Sequence record: SRR2962707_916
Strand: one strand, 5' to 3'
Length of the DNA: 36,735 nt
Part shown: positions 28,124-36,735 of the stretch, in pieces
Numbering within the stretch: position 1 is the stretch's first letter
How the letters are laid out: each line of letters opens with the position of its first letter
Program-made: the position numbers and the translations under genes
The notes under the pieces: generated by a model
Database searches by the model: none
Told to the model about the DNA's origin: nothing
What the model saw: the letters and a program-made list of their open reading frames with translations, nothing else

Positions 28124-31074
28124 TGAGCGATACTTCCACGGCCCGCCGCGCCCCGGTCCGGATCGACCCGGTGTCCGGTTACCCCGCGATTCAATGGAAT
28201 CTGACGCCGCCGGACCAACGCGACAAAGTGCAAGTGTGTCTGCCAGAGCCTCAGCAGGCCCGCATACTCTACCCCGTGCGCTATGGGATTACCCGAGCCC
28301 CGTTCCCTGCCGGTGATTTTCCCGATATGGATCTTTCCGGCTATGAAGGCTTGGGCGAAGGCTGGCATTTCGGCTTGCGCACGTTGCGCCCTTTGACCTA
28401 TGTCTACCTGCTGGCGCAAGTGAAGGAAGAATGGCGTATTCGTGTCTGGCAAGTCGCGGAAGATGGTTATTTCAATCCTATTTCCTCCGTCTCCACTGAG
28501 GAGGCATCGCAACCTCCCTGGCAGGACATGCCAACGCTGCCAGAAGTTACCGCGGCACTGCCTTATATCACAGCCCCGCTACCCACTCCCGAACTGGACG
28601 TCGGAGAAAGGGCTTGGTTACTTGTCAGTGATTCCCGTCTTACTCGTGGTGTTCTGGATGCCCTGACATCGGATCAGGATGGTCTAAGGAGCCAACTGGC
28701 CACGGAAATTCGCCTCACCGATGATGGTCCACAATCGCATACGGGGGATACCGCTCCTCTGGCTGACTTGCCGGGCCTGAATGGTGATCTTGATGCTTTC
28801 GTATGGAGCGAGAGCAACTCACCTGTCACCCCGGCTAACCAGTTGCTGAGCTTGCTGGACGCCAGTGTCAGCCCCCGTTGTGGTGTTATGCAACGGCATC
28901 CCGCGAAGGTTGTGGCGGTGCATGACACCACCGGTGTGATGAGTGAGCTGGGACATCTGGCTGGTATTGAATTGGAGGCATTGCAGAGCTACAGCGCGGA
29001 TGCTGCCCGCAAGCTCAGAATCTCAGAGTGGATCGATTTGCTTGGGGAGATGAAGCGCCGGGAAGTGGAGATGGATACTTTTCGCAACGATCCGGTGGGA
29101 AGTGCGTTGCCGGGCGGTGTCGCTGGAGGTGCTGCAAATGCAGCCCGGGATCGAGCCTACCAGGAAGGGTTGGATGCGGAAGCAGGAAGGTTGGCAATGG
29201 TGCGTAATGAGGAGCGCCACCAATTTGTCAATGATCATCCAAATAATATGGAACGACTTGGCGAGGCGGTAACCCAAGCGGCAGCAGCAGCCACACAGGT
29301 CTATCGTTCGATAAAAGCTCGCCATAATGCCACTTTGATGCTTTACGACGAGACCGATCGAGAAAACTACTTGGCATTACGTCGTGTCGTCACCTTCAGT
29401 CTTGGGGTTTTGACCTTGGATGATGAAGGTGTCAATGAGGTTTCCGGTGAGCTTGCCGAGAGCGGCCCAACCGGGATTATGGAGCGAGTTCTGCTCGGCC
29501 ATCCCCAAGTATCGGAGTATGTGCGCTGGCGTAGTAGTGCGGCTCGCTTTGCCCGAAATGTGGTGGGTGAAGTGATTGAGAAGCTGAATACAGTAATATC
29601 CTCGTTCCCGGCGGATAGTGCCTCTCGACAGTTGAGTCTGGTGGTTGGAGCTCTGGTGGCGAAGGGGCGTTTGGGCAGTATCAATGAGTTGTGGCGCACT
29701 CCATATGGACCCGCCCTGGAAATTCTCAGTGGCGAGACTGGCGTTAAACGCCAAGTGCCGCTGAGCGAGGCTGGAGCATGGTTGCGGGACCGCACCGGAG
29801 GACGTGGGGTGAATGGTTTCCGGCCGATTACCGTGGCCCGTGCGGCCAATGAGGTGGTGGAACTGTATGAGAGCCAGCAGGTTCAGGCCCAAATAGAGGC
29901 GGACCAGCGTGGATTGTCACAGAGAATGCATTTCTGGCACGGCACCAAACTGGGAATTTCCGGGCTTGGGATATGGTGGTCTCTGGAAAACGCCGCCGCA
30001 GCTATAAAAAAGTTGGGCCGCGACGACGGTATGGTGTTGGCGAATTCGCTTAATCTAGGCAGCGCCATGCTGGCCACCAGTGCTGGTGTGACTGGGGGGA
30101 TACAAGCGGTGCTCGACATCCGACGCAACCAGGCAAGGATAGCGGCTGACCAGGCCTTGGAACAGTCGATGGAAAAGCAAGTTGACCTGCTTGGTAATTG
30201 GGCCCTCGGGCTTGCCGCCGGAGCAGCACTGGTCACATTTGTCAAGGATGCCGTGGTCACCCCCATTTTCAATGAAGACGGCAACGAAGCCGCTATAAGC
30301 ATGACGGGAGGAATATTACAGTTGGGTAATGCCTCTCTGGGTATGCTGCATTTGACCGCCCGGTTGGCGGATCAGGCGGAAAAAATGGGGGCCACTGCGG
30401 CCCGTGGCAGAATCACTCAAAGCGCGACTCAGGTCATGTCCCGTTTGGAATCTGGAGGTGCGGCATTGCGTGGGCTTGGCCGATTTGCCCGGGCAAGCAA
30501 TTGGGTGGGCTGGGTTATGCTGGCGGTTGAAGCCAGTTATGTGGCGGTGCGCCATTGGCACGACACCACCGTGGAGGAGAACAAGGTTTTGCGCTGGATG
30601 GCCGGTAGTGTATGGGGAAATGGCTCTATCCCCGCCTGGTTTGGCCTCAGTGACGAGGAAGTGACCACGTTGGATGCAGATGCTGAATTGAAAGAGTTCT
30701 ACCGGATGTTCCGTGAGCCTTCCATCGAGACTAATACGGATACTCTGAAGTGGTTGTCAGGGAATCTGCCGCTAGTCAGTTCCTATCGCCGTTGGACGAC
30801 GGGAAGTCCATATCCAGAGGGTGTTGAACAGATCGCTATTCTTCTGCCAGGTTGGCAGGCTCAGGTCAGCAGTGTTCGTGTTACCGTGTCGGCGCCACAG
30901 ACAATTCCACCGGTGGAAGATCAGATCTACACCGAAGAGAATGCTTCGGTATCGGTGGAGCGAGGTTTGGGGATTATGATGATTGATACCAATAATCCGT
31001 ACGTCAGTGTGAAGGTGCGGTATTACGTTAACGGCTTTAGTGATCCGGAACTGATGTACGAAGTGGAAAATTGA
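28123..31074 (+). CDS. T6SS cargo effector, MIX/VasX-like N-terminus with putative pore-forming C-terminal region
   Basis: TGATG coupling to vgrG; ILYPVRYG...GLRTLRP..YVYL, VAVHDTTGVMSEL, several Gly/Ala-rich hydrophobic helices and WMAGSVWG. Confidence 0.82.
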   Translation: MSDTSTARRAPVRIDPVSGYPAIQWNLTPPDQRDKVQVCLPEPQQARILYPVRYGITRAPFPAGDFPDMDLSGYEGLGEGWHFGLRTLRPLTYVYLLAQVKEEWRIRVWQVAEDGYFNPISSVSTEEASQPPWQDMPTLPEVTAALPYITAPLPTPELDVGERAWLLVSDSRLTRGVLDALTSDQDGLRSQLATEIRLTDDGPQSHTGDTAPLADLPGLNGDLDAFVWSESNSPVTPANQLLSLLDASVSPRCGVMQRHPAKVVAVHDTTGVMSELGHLAGIELEALQSYSADAARKLRISEWIDLLGEMKRREVEMDTFRNDPVGSALPGGVAGGAANAARDRAYQEGLDAEAGRLAMVRNEERHQFVNDHPNNMERLGEAVTQAAAAATQVYRSIKARHNATLMLYDETDRENYLALRRVVTFSLGVLTLDDEGVNEVSGELAESGPTGIMERVLLGHPQVSEYVRWRSSAARFARNVVGEVIEKLNTVISSFPADSASRQLSLVVGALVAKGRLGSINELWRTPYGPALEILSGETGVKRQVPLSEAGAWLRDRTGGRGVNGFRPITVARAANEVVELYESQQVQAQIEADQRGLSQRMHFWHGTKLGISGLGIWWSLENAAAAIKKLGRDDGMVLANSLNLGSAMLATSAGVTGGIQAVLDIRRNQARIAADQALEQSMEKQVDLLGNWALGLAAGAALVTFVKDAVVTPIFNEDGNEAAISMTGGILQLGNASLGMLHLTARLADQAEKMGATAARGRITQSATQVMSRLESGGAALRGLGRFARASNWVGWVMLAVEASYVAVRHWHDTTVEENKVLRWMAGSVWGNGSIPAWFGLSDEEVTTLDADAELKEFYRMFREPSIETNTDTLKWLSGNLPLVSSYRRWTTGSPYPEGVEQIAILLPGWQAQVSSVRVTVSAPQTIPPVEDQIYTEENASVSVERGLGIMMIDTNNPYVSVKVRYYVNGFSDPELMYEVEN

Positions 31075-32342
31075 TGACGCGATCCAGAAAGGAGTTGGGT
31101 GCTTCCCCAGGTCAACAGAGGTCTATCTGGGAACAGTCGCTTGAGCGGGCCCGCCGCCACCCCGATTATGGACTGGCTGACTTCCTGGCACTTTTGAAAG
31201 AGGAGAAGAAGAAAAAGACCTTTGCGGCGCTTCCCCCTCTGGATGTGGCTCTTTGGCCGGAGGATGCCTTGAAGCCAAACGATTTGGATATTGAAAACTC
31301 GCGTTTGTTTAACGAGCGCTACATTGAGCTGCCGACTGTTGAAACCGTTGGGGGGAACGGAAAGCTGCACTGGTTGCCGCGCCTTTTCCTGTTGTTTCAT
31401 AACCTGGCCCTGCTTTTGTTCCTTGGTCTTTATGTGGCGGCTTTCGTGGATGAGAAGCTTGATGTGTGGTCGGCGATAGGGTTGTTTGCGGGTTATCTTT
31501 GTGCCGGCGGAATTCCCTTTTTGTTCTTTTATTTCCTGTCTCCCTTCTCACCGATGATGCGCCATGCAGAGAAGAAAGGGTCCGCTCGCTATAATCGACA
31601 AGCCCAGCTCGTTCACATCTCTTGCGGGGGGGATAAGGTCCTGCATGTGCCTTGGCGTCACGTAAGAGCATTGGTTGAATTCAGTGTGATGCCGGGCAGT
31701 TTAGGTGGTACTGGGTTGGTTCTGACAGCTCCGCGCCCGTGGGTGTTGGATGAGCTGGATCGTTTCTCGCCGCGAGGGAAGCCACAAAAGGAACTGTTCT
31801 CCTTACCCTACGGATTCTGGACCGGAGGTGATCGGAGTATCCCAGGAATACTGCGCCGTTGGGAATTTATCAGACGATATATGGAGAAGGGACTGGAGGC
31901 GATTCAACCGGATCCAGACTTGAAAAAGGGAGGCTTGCTATATTCGCCGGGTGCGGAACCGACCTCCACCAGAGAACTGGGACATGTCTATGCCCTTGTA
32001 TTTCACCCCTTGGAACGTTTGGGGTACTTTCTGACTTTTGGAGCCTGGCTGGATCGTCAGGCTGCTGTCGCAGAGGAAGCGCTGGATGGGTTTGAATGGC
32101 CCGAAGAGGTGGAAGAACTGTGTGCCCCGGGTGCCGATGTTGCGGCATTCAACCACCAACCCATACCAGCGCGTACAGATATATACTATCGATTTGCCGG
32201 CTTTAACGGTTACGAGTACGTTGATAGTCGTGGTCAGCCGGCTTCTGGAAGGCATGGCATTGATGAACTGATGGCTGAGGCCAAAGAATGGCCTTCAGGG
32301 AAAGCGAAGCCTGTCAAAGATGATTGGGAGGGAGCAGGTTAG
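31074..32342 (+). CDS. DUF6708-like membrane protein, candidate immunity protein
   Basis: TGATG coupling to the effector; 2 TM followed by RYNRQAQLVH, VPW, RRWEFIRRYMEKG and WPEEVEELC. Confidence 0.78.
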   Translation: MTRSRKELGASPGQQRSIWEQSLERARRHPDYGLADFLALLKEEKKKKTFAALPPLDVALWPEDALKPNDLDIENSRLFNERYIELPTVETVGGNGKLHWLPRLFLLFHNLALLLFLGLYVAAFVDEKLDVWSAIGLFAGYLCAGGIPFLFFYFLSPFSPMMRHAEKKGSARYNRQAQLVHISCGGDKVLHVPWRHVRALVEFSVMPGSLGGTGLVLTAPRPWVLDELDRFSPRGKPQKELFSLPYGFWTGGDRSIPGILRRWEFIRRYMEKGLEAIQPDPDLKKGGLLYSPGAEPTSTRELGHVYALVFHPLERLGYFLTFGAWLDRQAAVAEEALDGFEWPEEVEELCAPGADVAAFNHQPIPARTDIYYRFAGFNGYEYVDSRGQPASGRHGIDELMAEAKEWPSGKAKPVKDDWEGAG

Positions 32343-32365
32343 TCCGGACTTCTCTAGGAGTGTTT

Positions 32366-33208
32366 GTGAAAAATTACACTTTCAAACTGAGTAAAGTAAA
32401 AGAGAGTAGTCTTCCTCTCATCGAAGAGGTGCTATCGTCATATGGGGAGGATTGGCGACGTAGCGGTGATGGTGACAACGTGAATTTGATTGCCTGGAAA
32501 GGAAAGCCGCTGCTCGAGCATCAGGGGGAGCGCTTGTATGTGCACGCCTCTCTCTCGACCAGGACACTGCTTAAAGAAATTCTCATAACACTTGATCGCA
32601 ATGCTGCCATTCGTTTCCCCAGCCCTTCCCAGTGGGTAGTGGCGTTTATAGTGGGAACACTGTTTTTTTTGGTTCGATTTCTCGGTATGGCCACTTCGAG
32701 CAAAGATTTTCTGTTTCTTTATGTCGTCTTTGGATTGAGTGGCGTATTGATGAGTGCGGGACTGGTCCTGGGATCTCGGACGACCCGGCGGAGTTGGCGG
32801 TGGCTGTTCGTGGTGGCCTGGGTTGTGTTGGCGGGGCTTTCTGTTCTGGGATTGTACGCTATGAGCCGAGGCGCGGAAGGGGCTTGGCTGTTGTTCCTGG
32901 TGCCCGTTCTGGTCGGGGGCGTTGGTTGGTTCGCATACCGTGATCTGATGGCCTGGCATTATGTGAAGTGGATATTCGCGGGGGAGGGGATGTCGCAGGA
33001 ATGCGGCTCGGGTGAGGTGTATCAACCCACCGAGCCTTCTCGCGACGAAGTGGCGAAAAAGAACTTGATCAACTCCGCGATCTTCTTGGCGGTTGGGACG
33101 TTGAGCCTGCTCAGCGGTGAAAAACTCGTGGCTTTGTTGGCGACGTTCATGGCAGTGGGGGCATTTGTGGTGGGCACGGTCAAGGGCCAGCAAAAGGGTG
33201 GGGCCTAG
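32366..33208 (+). CDS. polytopic membrane protein (~6 TM), hypothetical; possible second immunity protein
   Basis: AGGAG SD before GTG 32366; soluble N-domain then hydrophobic helices; low GC. Confidence 0.7.
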   Translation: MKNYTFKLSKVKESSLPLIEEVLSSYGEDWRRSGDGDNVNLIAWKGKPLLEHQGERLYVHASLSTRTLLKEILITLDRNAAIRFPSPSQWVVAFIVGTLFFLVRFLGMATSSKDFLFLYVVFGLSGVLMSAGLVLGSRTTRRSWRWLFVVAWVVLAGLSVLGLYAMSRGAEGAWLLFLVPVLVGGVGWFAYRDLMAWHYVKWIFAGEGMSQECGSGEVYQPTEPSRDEVAKKNLINSAIFLAVGTLSLLSGEKLVALLATFMAVGAFVVGTVKGQQKGGA

Positions 33209-33247
33209 CCGACCCGATATTTTTCTGGTTGTTACGCTATATAAAAC

Positions 33248-34063
33248 TCAGTAATCCCGCTGCCGCGGCCCGAACCGTGGTGTTTCCTTTTTGAAATTGG
33301 CGTTCATTGCCTCTCGTTGATTGCGGCTGCGCAGCAATTTGAACTGCAGCCGGGATTCGCGCAGAAAGGCCTGTTCCTCCGGGGCATTCCAGGTGTCATG
33401 GAACAAGGCCTTGGCGGCACTGACGGCATCCGGGGACCGTTCCAGCAGCGCCTCGGCCAGTTCCCGGGCGGTCTGCTCAGGCGTCTCGGAAACCCGGGTG
33501 ACCAGGTGCAGGCGCTCCGCCTCAAGGGCGTCGAAGCGGCGGCCGGTCATGGTCAGTTCCTTGGCCACGTCCAGGGGTAACAGCTCGCGCAGGGTGACGG
33601 TGCCGGTCATGTCCGGGATCAGTCCCCATTTGATTTCCATTACCGAGAATTCGCAATCCGGCGTGGCGATACGGAAGTCCGCGGCCAGCGCCAGTTGCAG
33701 GCCGCCGCCGTAGCAGTAGCCATGCGTCACCGCGATGACCGGCATGGGTAATTGCCGCCAGGCCCAGCAGGCTTGCTGGAACAGATTGGTTTTCTTGATG
33801 CCGAAGCGGGTGAAGGCGAGCAGCATCTTCATCGGAGTCTTGGTGACGCGGCCAAAATCCAGGCCGGCGCAGAATGCTTTGCCATCCCCCTTCAGAATGA
33901 CCACCCGCACCTGGCGGTTCTTCCTCAGTTTTTTCGCGCAATCGACCAGGGCCTGAAGCATCTCCAGATCCAGGCCATTGTATTTTTCCGCCCGCGCCAG
34001 GGTGACGGTGGCGACGTGATCGGCGATGTCCAGGGTCAGACGATCCCGAAAAATGTCGGTCAT
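33248..34063 (-). CDS. enoyl-CoA hydratase/crotonase-family protein
   Basis: AFCAGLDF, HGYCYGGGLQLALAADFRIA and EIKWGLIPDM. Confidence 0.93.
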   Translation of the reverse strand: MTDIFRDRLTLDIADHVATVTLARAEKYNGLDLEMLQALVDCAKKLRKNRQVRVVILKGDGKAFCAGLDFGRVTKTPMKMLLAFTRFGIKKTNLFQQACWAWRQLPMPVIAVTHGYCYGGGLQLALAADFRIATPDCEFSVMEIKWGLIPDMTGTVTLRELLPLDVAKELTMTGRRFDALEAERLHLVTRVSETPEQTARELAEALLERSPDAVSAAKALFHDTWNAPEEQAFLRESRLQFKLLRSRNQREAMNANFKKETPRFGPRQRDY

Positions 34064-34085
34064 GGTGGTGCTCTCCTATCGCTGG

Positions 34086-34472
34086 TCAGCGGCCGGGGGC
34101 AGGGATGCAGGAGGCTTCCACCATCTCCCATCGTTTACCGTCGCCAAGCCGTTCCAGCCAGCAGCGTTCGTTATCGAGCAATAGCCGGAAAGTCTCCGGC
34201 CGTTGCAGGTTCCGGCCATTGACTGGCGGGCGGCTCAGATCCCGAGGCGGAGCACGCTCGATCACCAGCAGGCTGTCGCGCGTGAGCGCGTCATCGGCCA
34301 GCAGGACCGGTTTGTCCGCCGGCAGGGCGTCCCGGATCTTTTCCCGCAGTTCCTTTTGGTCCGCTTCCGTGCCGGACAGCAGCGCCGGAGTGTCGCCGCC
34401 CGCCGGTTGCGACTGGCAGGCGCCCAGCAGTACCAGGATGCCTAGCGCCAGAGCTGTTTTCGTAGGGCTCAT
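34086..34472 (-). CDS. hypothetical lipoprotein
   Basis: Lipobox LLGAC; starts 4 nt after the S41 peptidase stop; C-terminal Cys pair. Confidence 0.8.
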   Translation of the reverse strand: MSPTKTALALGILVLLGACQSQPAGGDTPALLSGTEADQKELREKIRDALPADKPVLLADDALTRDSLLVIERAPPRDLSRPPVNGRNLQRPETFRLLLDNERCWLERLGDGKRWEMVEASCIPAPGR

Positions 34473-34476
34473 AGTG

Positions 34477-36009
34477 TCACCGGGTCGGAGTCATTATGCG
34501 GTTTTCCCGCCACAGTGCTTTGTGGACACGGCCATCGTCGATGGGCGGCGCGGTCAACGATCGGCCTAAGGCATGACGGCTCACCGTCGATGGGCAGTAT
34601 CCATTGTCGATGTAGTGCAGAGCCGTGGCCAGGCGCGCTTCATCGATGTTGCCGAGGTCATGATCATAGTCGTCCGCCACCTGGCAGCCCTGCACTCCGG
34701 CCTGGCCATCGTCGGCGCCGGGCACGAAGCCATCCGGGTAATCGCCGAAGCCCTTGGCGTTGACGCCCTGGAACTGGATCGTGAAGTAAGTGGTGCCGCA
34801 GTTGTCGGTGGGATAGAACCCGTAGGGTTTTCCGCAGGTGCGATCGCCGATCTGAATCACCTCCACATCCACACCGCGTAGCCCGTTGATGATGGATTCA
34901 CTGGCGGAGCAGGTGGTGGCGCCGGTGAGTACGAACACTCGCGACAGGTTCAGATTGGGCAATGGCTCGCTGGCCGGAACCGAGAAGCCCAGGGTGGCGT
35001 TGTAGAACGGCGTCGGGGTCAGGGGCTGGTCAGTGACCGGGTTGATTTGCGGATGCTGATCATTGAACCGGGAGATCTCGAAAGCCTGACCGGCGGTCCG
35101 TTCAGGGCCGGCGATCATGTATGAAAGCTGACTGGCCAGCGCCAGATAACCACCGCCGTTGTAGCGCAGATCCAGTACCAGTTCGTCGATGTCATTGCCT
35201 TGTTGTAATTGCTCCACCGCTTCCAGCAGCGCTTTTTCGGCGGTGGCGATGTGGTCGTTGAACAGCATGTAGCCCACCCGCTTGCCGCCGGTGCTGGTCA
35301 GCACTTGTACTTTCTGTACCGGCTCGGAGGTGATGGTTTCGGCGGCGAGTATGATGGTATGCAGGCTGTCATCGGGATATACGAACTCGAACTCATGTTG
35401 CTCGTCTTCGTGGGTGGGAAACAAGCCCGCGTTCAGCGTATCCACGTCATTGCTCCATTCCATGCTGACGCCGTCGACGGACAAAAGCCGGGCGCCTCGT
35501 GGCGGCAGGTCGGGGCGGTCTTGCTGATCGTGATAGGCCACCCGCACGTCCCGTGGCAGGTAAGGATCGACGATCACCCACTGCATGCCGTAACCCAGTG
35601 CCACGCCGGATTGGGATTGCGCGTTCCATTCGTCACTGGGCATGGTGAAATGAAATTGATCCTTCGGCGTGCCGCTGGCGGTGATGGCTTCCGTTTTCAA
35701 CAGGTCGAAATAAGCCAGCGGGTTATCATGATTGCCGGGATTGCGATCCAGGATCTCGTCGTACCAGAGATAGGTCTCGTGGCTCCAGGCGCGCAACCAG
35801 TTGTTTTCATCCAGCACTGATCCCGCCACATCGGGGTACTGGTTGCCGCTGCGTGGCCTGAGGCACTGATTGGCGAATTGTCCGGCGGCGGCGAACTGGC
35901 CGGCTTGCCAGGTGGTTGCCGGGCTGCTTGAGCCGCCACCGCCACCTCCTCCGCACGCGGAAAGAAGGACGAGAGCAGACAATAGTGTGGCGTGACGAAA
36001 ACCTTCCAT
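34477..36009 (-). CDS. S41-family peptidase lipoprotein
   Basis: Lipobox LLSAC; YLWY, LVLDLRYNGGG, TCSASE (catalytic Ser) and TCGKP (Lys); AAGGA SD before ATG 36009. Confidence 0.9.
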   Translation of the reverse strand: MEGFRHATLLSALVLLSACGGGGGGGSSSPATTWQAGQFAAAGQFANQCLRPRSGNQYPDVAGSVLDENNWLRAWSHETYLWYDEILDRNPGNHDNPLAYFDLLKTEAITASGTPKDQFHFTMPSDEWNAQSQSGVALGYGMQWVIVDPYLPRDVRVAYHDQQDRPDLPPRGARLLSVDGVSMEWSNDVDTLNAGLFPTHEDEQHEFEFVYPDDSLHTIILAAETITSEPVQKVQVLTSTGGKRVGYMLFNDHIATAEKALLEAVEQLQQGNDIDELVLDLRYNGGGYLALASQLSYMIAGPERTAGQAFEISRFNDQHPQINPVTDQPLTPTPFYNATLGFSVPASEPLPNLNLSRVFVLTGATTCSASESIINGLRGVDVEVIQIGDRTCGKPYGFYPTDNCGTTYFTIQFQGVNAKGFGDYPDGFVPGADDGQAGVQGCQVADDYDHDLGNIDEARLATALHYIDNGYCPSTVSRHALGRSLTAPPIDDGRVHKALWRENRIMTPTR

Positions 36010-36096
36010 GGTGATTTCCTTATTATCGTGTTGTATGCGGGCGCCGGGGCGGCCCATCCCGGGCCGCAGCGTAAACCGGCTCCTGTGACGGTTTGA

Positions 36097-36735
36097 TTAA
36101 CCGTTCAGTTTTTGTTGCAGCAACTGGTTCAGTTGCTGGGGATTCGCCTTGCCCTGCGTGGCCTTCATGGCCTGACCGACGAAGAAGCCGATCTTTTTCT
36201 TCCGTTTGGCGTCATCGGAGCCACGGTAGTCCTCCACTTGTGCCGGGTGGTTGGCGATGATGTCATCGACGATCTTTTCCAACTCGCCGGTGTCACTCAT
36301 CTGCTTGAGGCCTTTGCTCTCGATGATTTGATCCGGGCTGCCCTCGCCGGCCCAGCAAGCGTCGAAGACCTGCTTGGCGATCTTGGAGCTGATGGTGCCG
36401 TCCTTGATGCGCAGGATCAGTTCGCCAAGATGCCCGGCGCTCACCGGGCTTTGCGCGATGCCGATGTCATCGGTGTTGAGACGCGCGGTCAGTTCACCCA
36501 TCACCCAGTTGGCCGCCAGCTTGGCGTCGCCGCCCTGTTTGGCCGCTGCTTCGAAGTAGGCAGCGGTGGCGAGATCGGCGGAGAGCAGGTCGGCGTCGTA
36601 TTCGGAGAGCGCGTAAGTTTCAACGAAGCGTGCTTTGCGGGCGTCCGGCAGTTCCGGCAGCGCGTCGCGCAGTTCGTTGATTTCCTCTTCACTGACCAGA
36701 ACCGGCAGCAGGTCCGGGCAGGGGAAGTAGCGGTA
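36097..36735 (-). CDS. gatB: Asp/Glu-tRNA amidotransferase subunit B, 3' part (5' end outside the window)
   Basis: Open frame from the window end: YRYFPCPDL...LPELP...AANWVMGEL...ISSKIAK...[17 protein letters not shown]. Confidence 0.96.
   Translation of the reverse strand, partial: YRYFPCPDLLPVLVSEEEINELRDALPELPDARKARFVETYALSEYDADLLSADLATAAYFEAAAKQGGDAKLAANWVMGELTARLNTDDIGIAQSPVSAGHLGELILRIKDGTISSKIAKQVFDACWAGEGSPDQIIESKGLKQMSDTGELEKIVDDIIANHPAQVEDYRGSDDAKRKKKIGFFVGQAMKATQGKANPQQLNQLLQQKLNG

Noticed and set aside
36049-36094. hairpins after gatB (GCGGCCC/GGGCCGC and AAACCG/CGGTTT) as an intrinsic terminator
   Set aside because: The GC-rich stem has no U-tract after it on the minus strand and the other stem is weak; left uncalled.
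1-36735. CRISPR array, IS element or prophage genes
   Set aside because: No regularly spaced direct repeats or transposase, integrase or capsid motifs were seen. The phage-like spike domains belong to VgrG.

Overview
GC-rich gammaproteobacterial chromosome segment. An Alcanivorax/Alloalcanivorax-like origin is my impression from gene content and is not verified. The left end (1-8799) is conserved housekeeping: partial rplY, prs, tRNA-Gln(TTG), ispE, lolB and a TPR lipoprotein on the minus strand, then the divergent hemA-prfA-prmC-moeB. The right end holds an enoyl-CoA hydratase, a lipoprotein plus S41 peptidase pair, and partial gatB. Between them lies about 24 kb of accessory genes. (1) A REP doublet, then a module in which a NarL/LuxR-type regulator and hybrid kinase diverge from a heptad-repeat secreted mini-protein and a lipoprotein with five tandem DUF4177-like repeats. 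(2) A cNMP-binding protein, cytochrome b561 with a perfect FNR/ANR box, YrhK, and DUF2339-DUF3999. (3) An uncharacterised envelope operon (lipoprotein, duplicated-domain secreted protein, membrane protein, PPC-domain protein, possible remnant) and an FAD monooxygenase. (4) An orphan T6SS locus: VgrG-DUF2345 with a C-terminal extension, a MIX/VasX-like putative pore-forming effector, a DUF6708-like immunity candidate and a second membrane protein, with lower GC and three hairpin GGA motifs in the vgrG leader. No CRISPR array, integrase or transposase was seen. Family assignments come from motif recognition by eye, not database searches.
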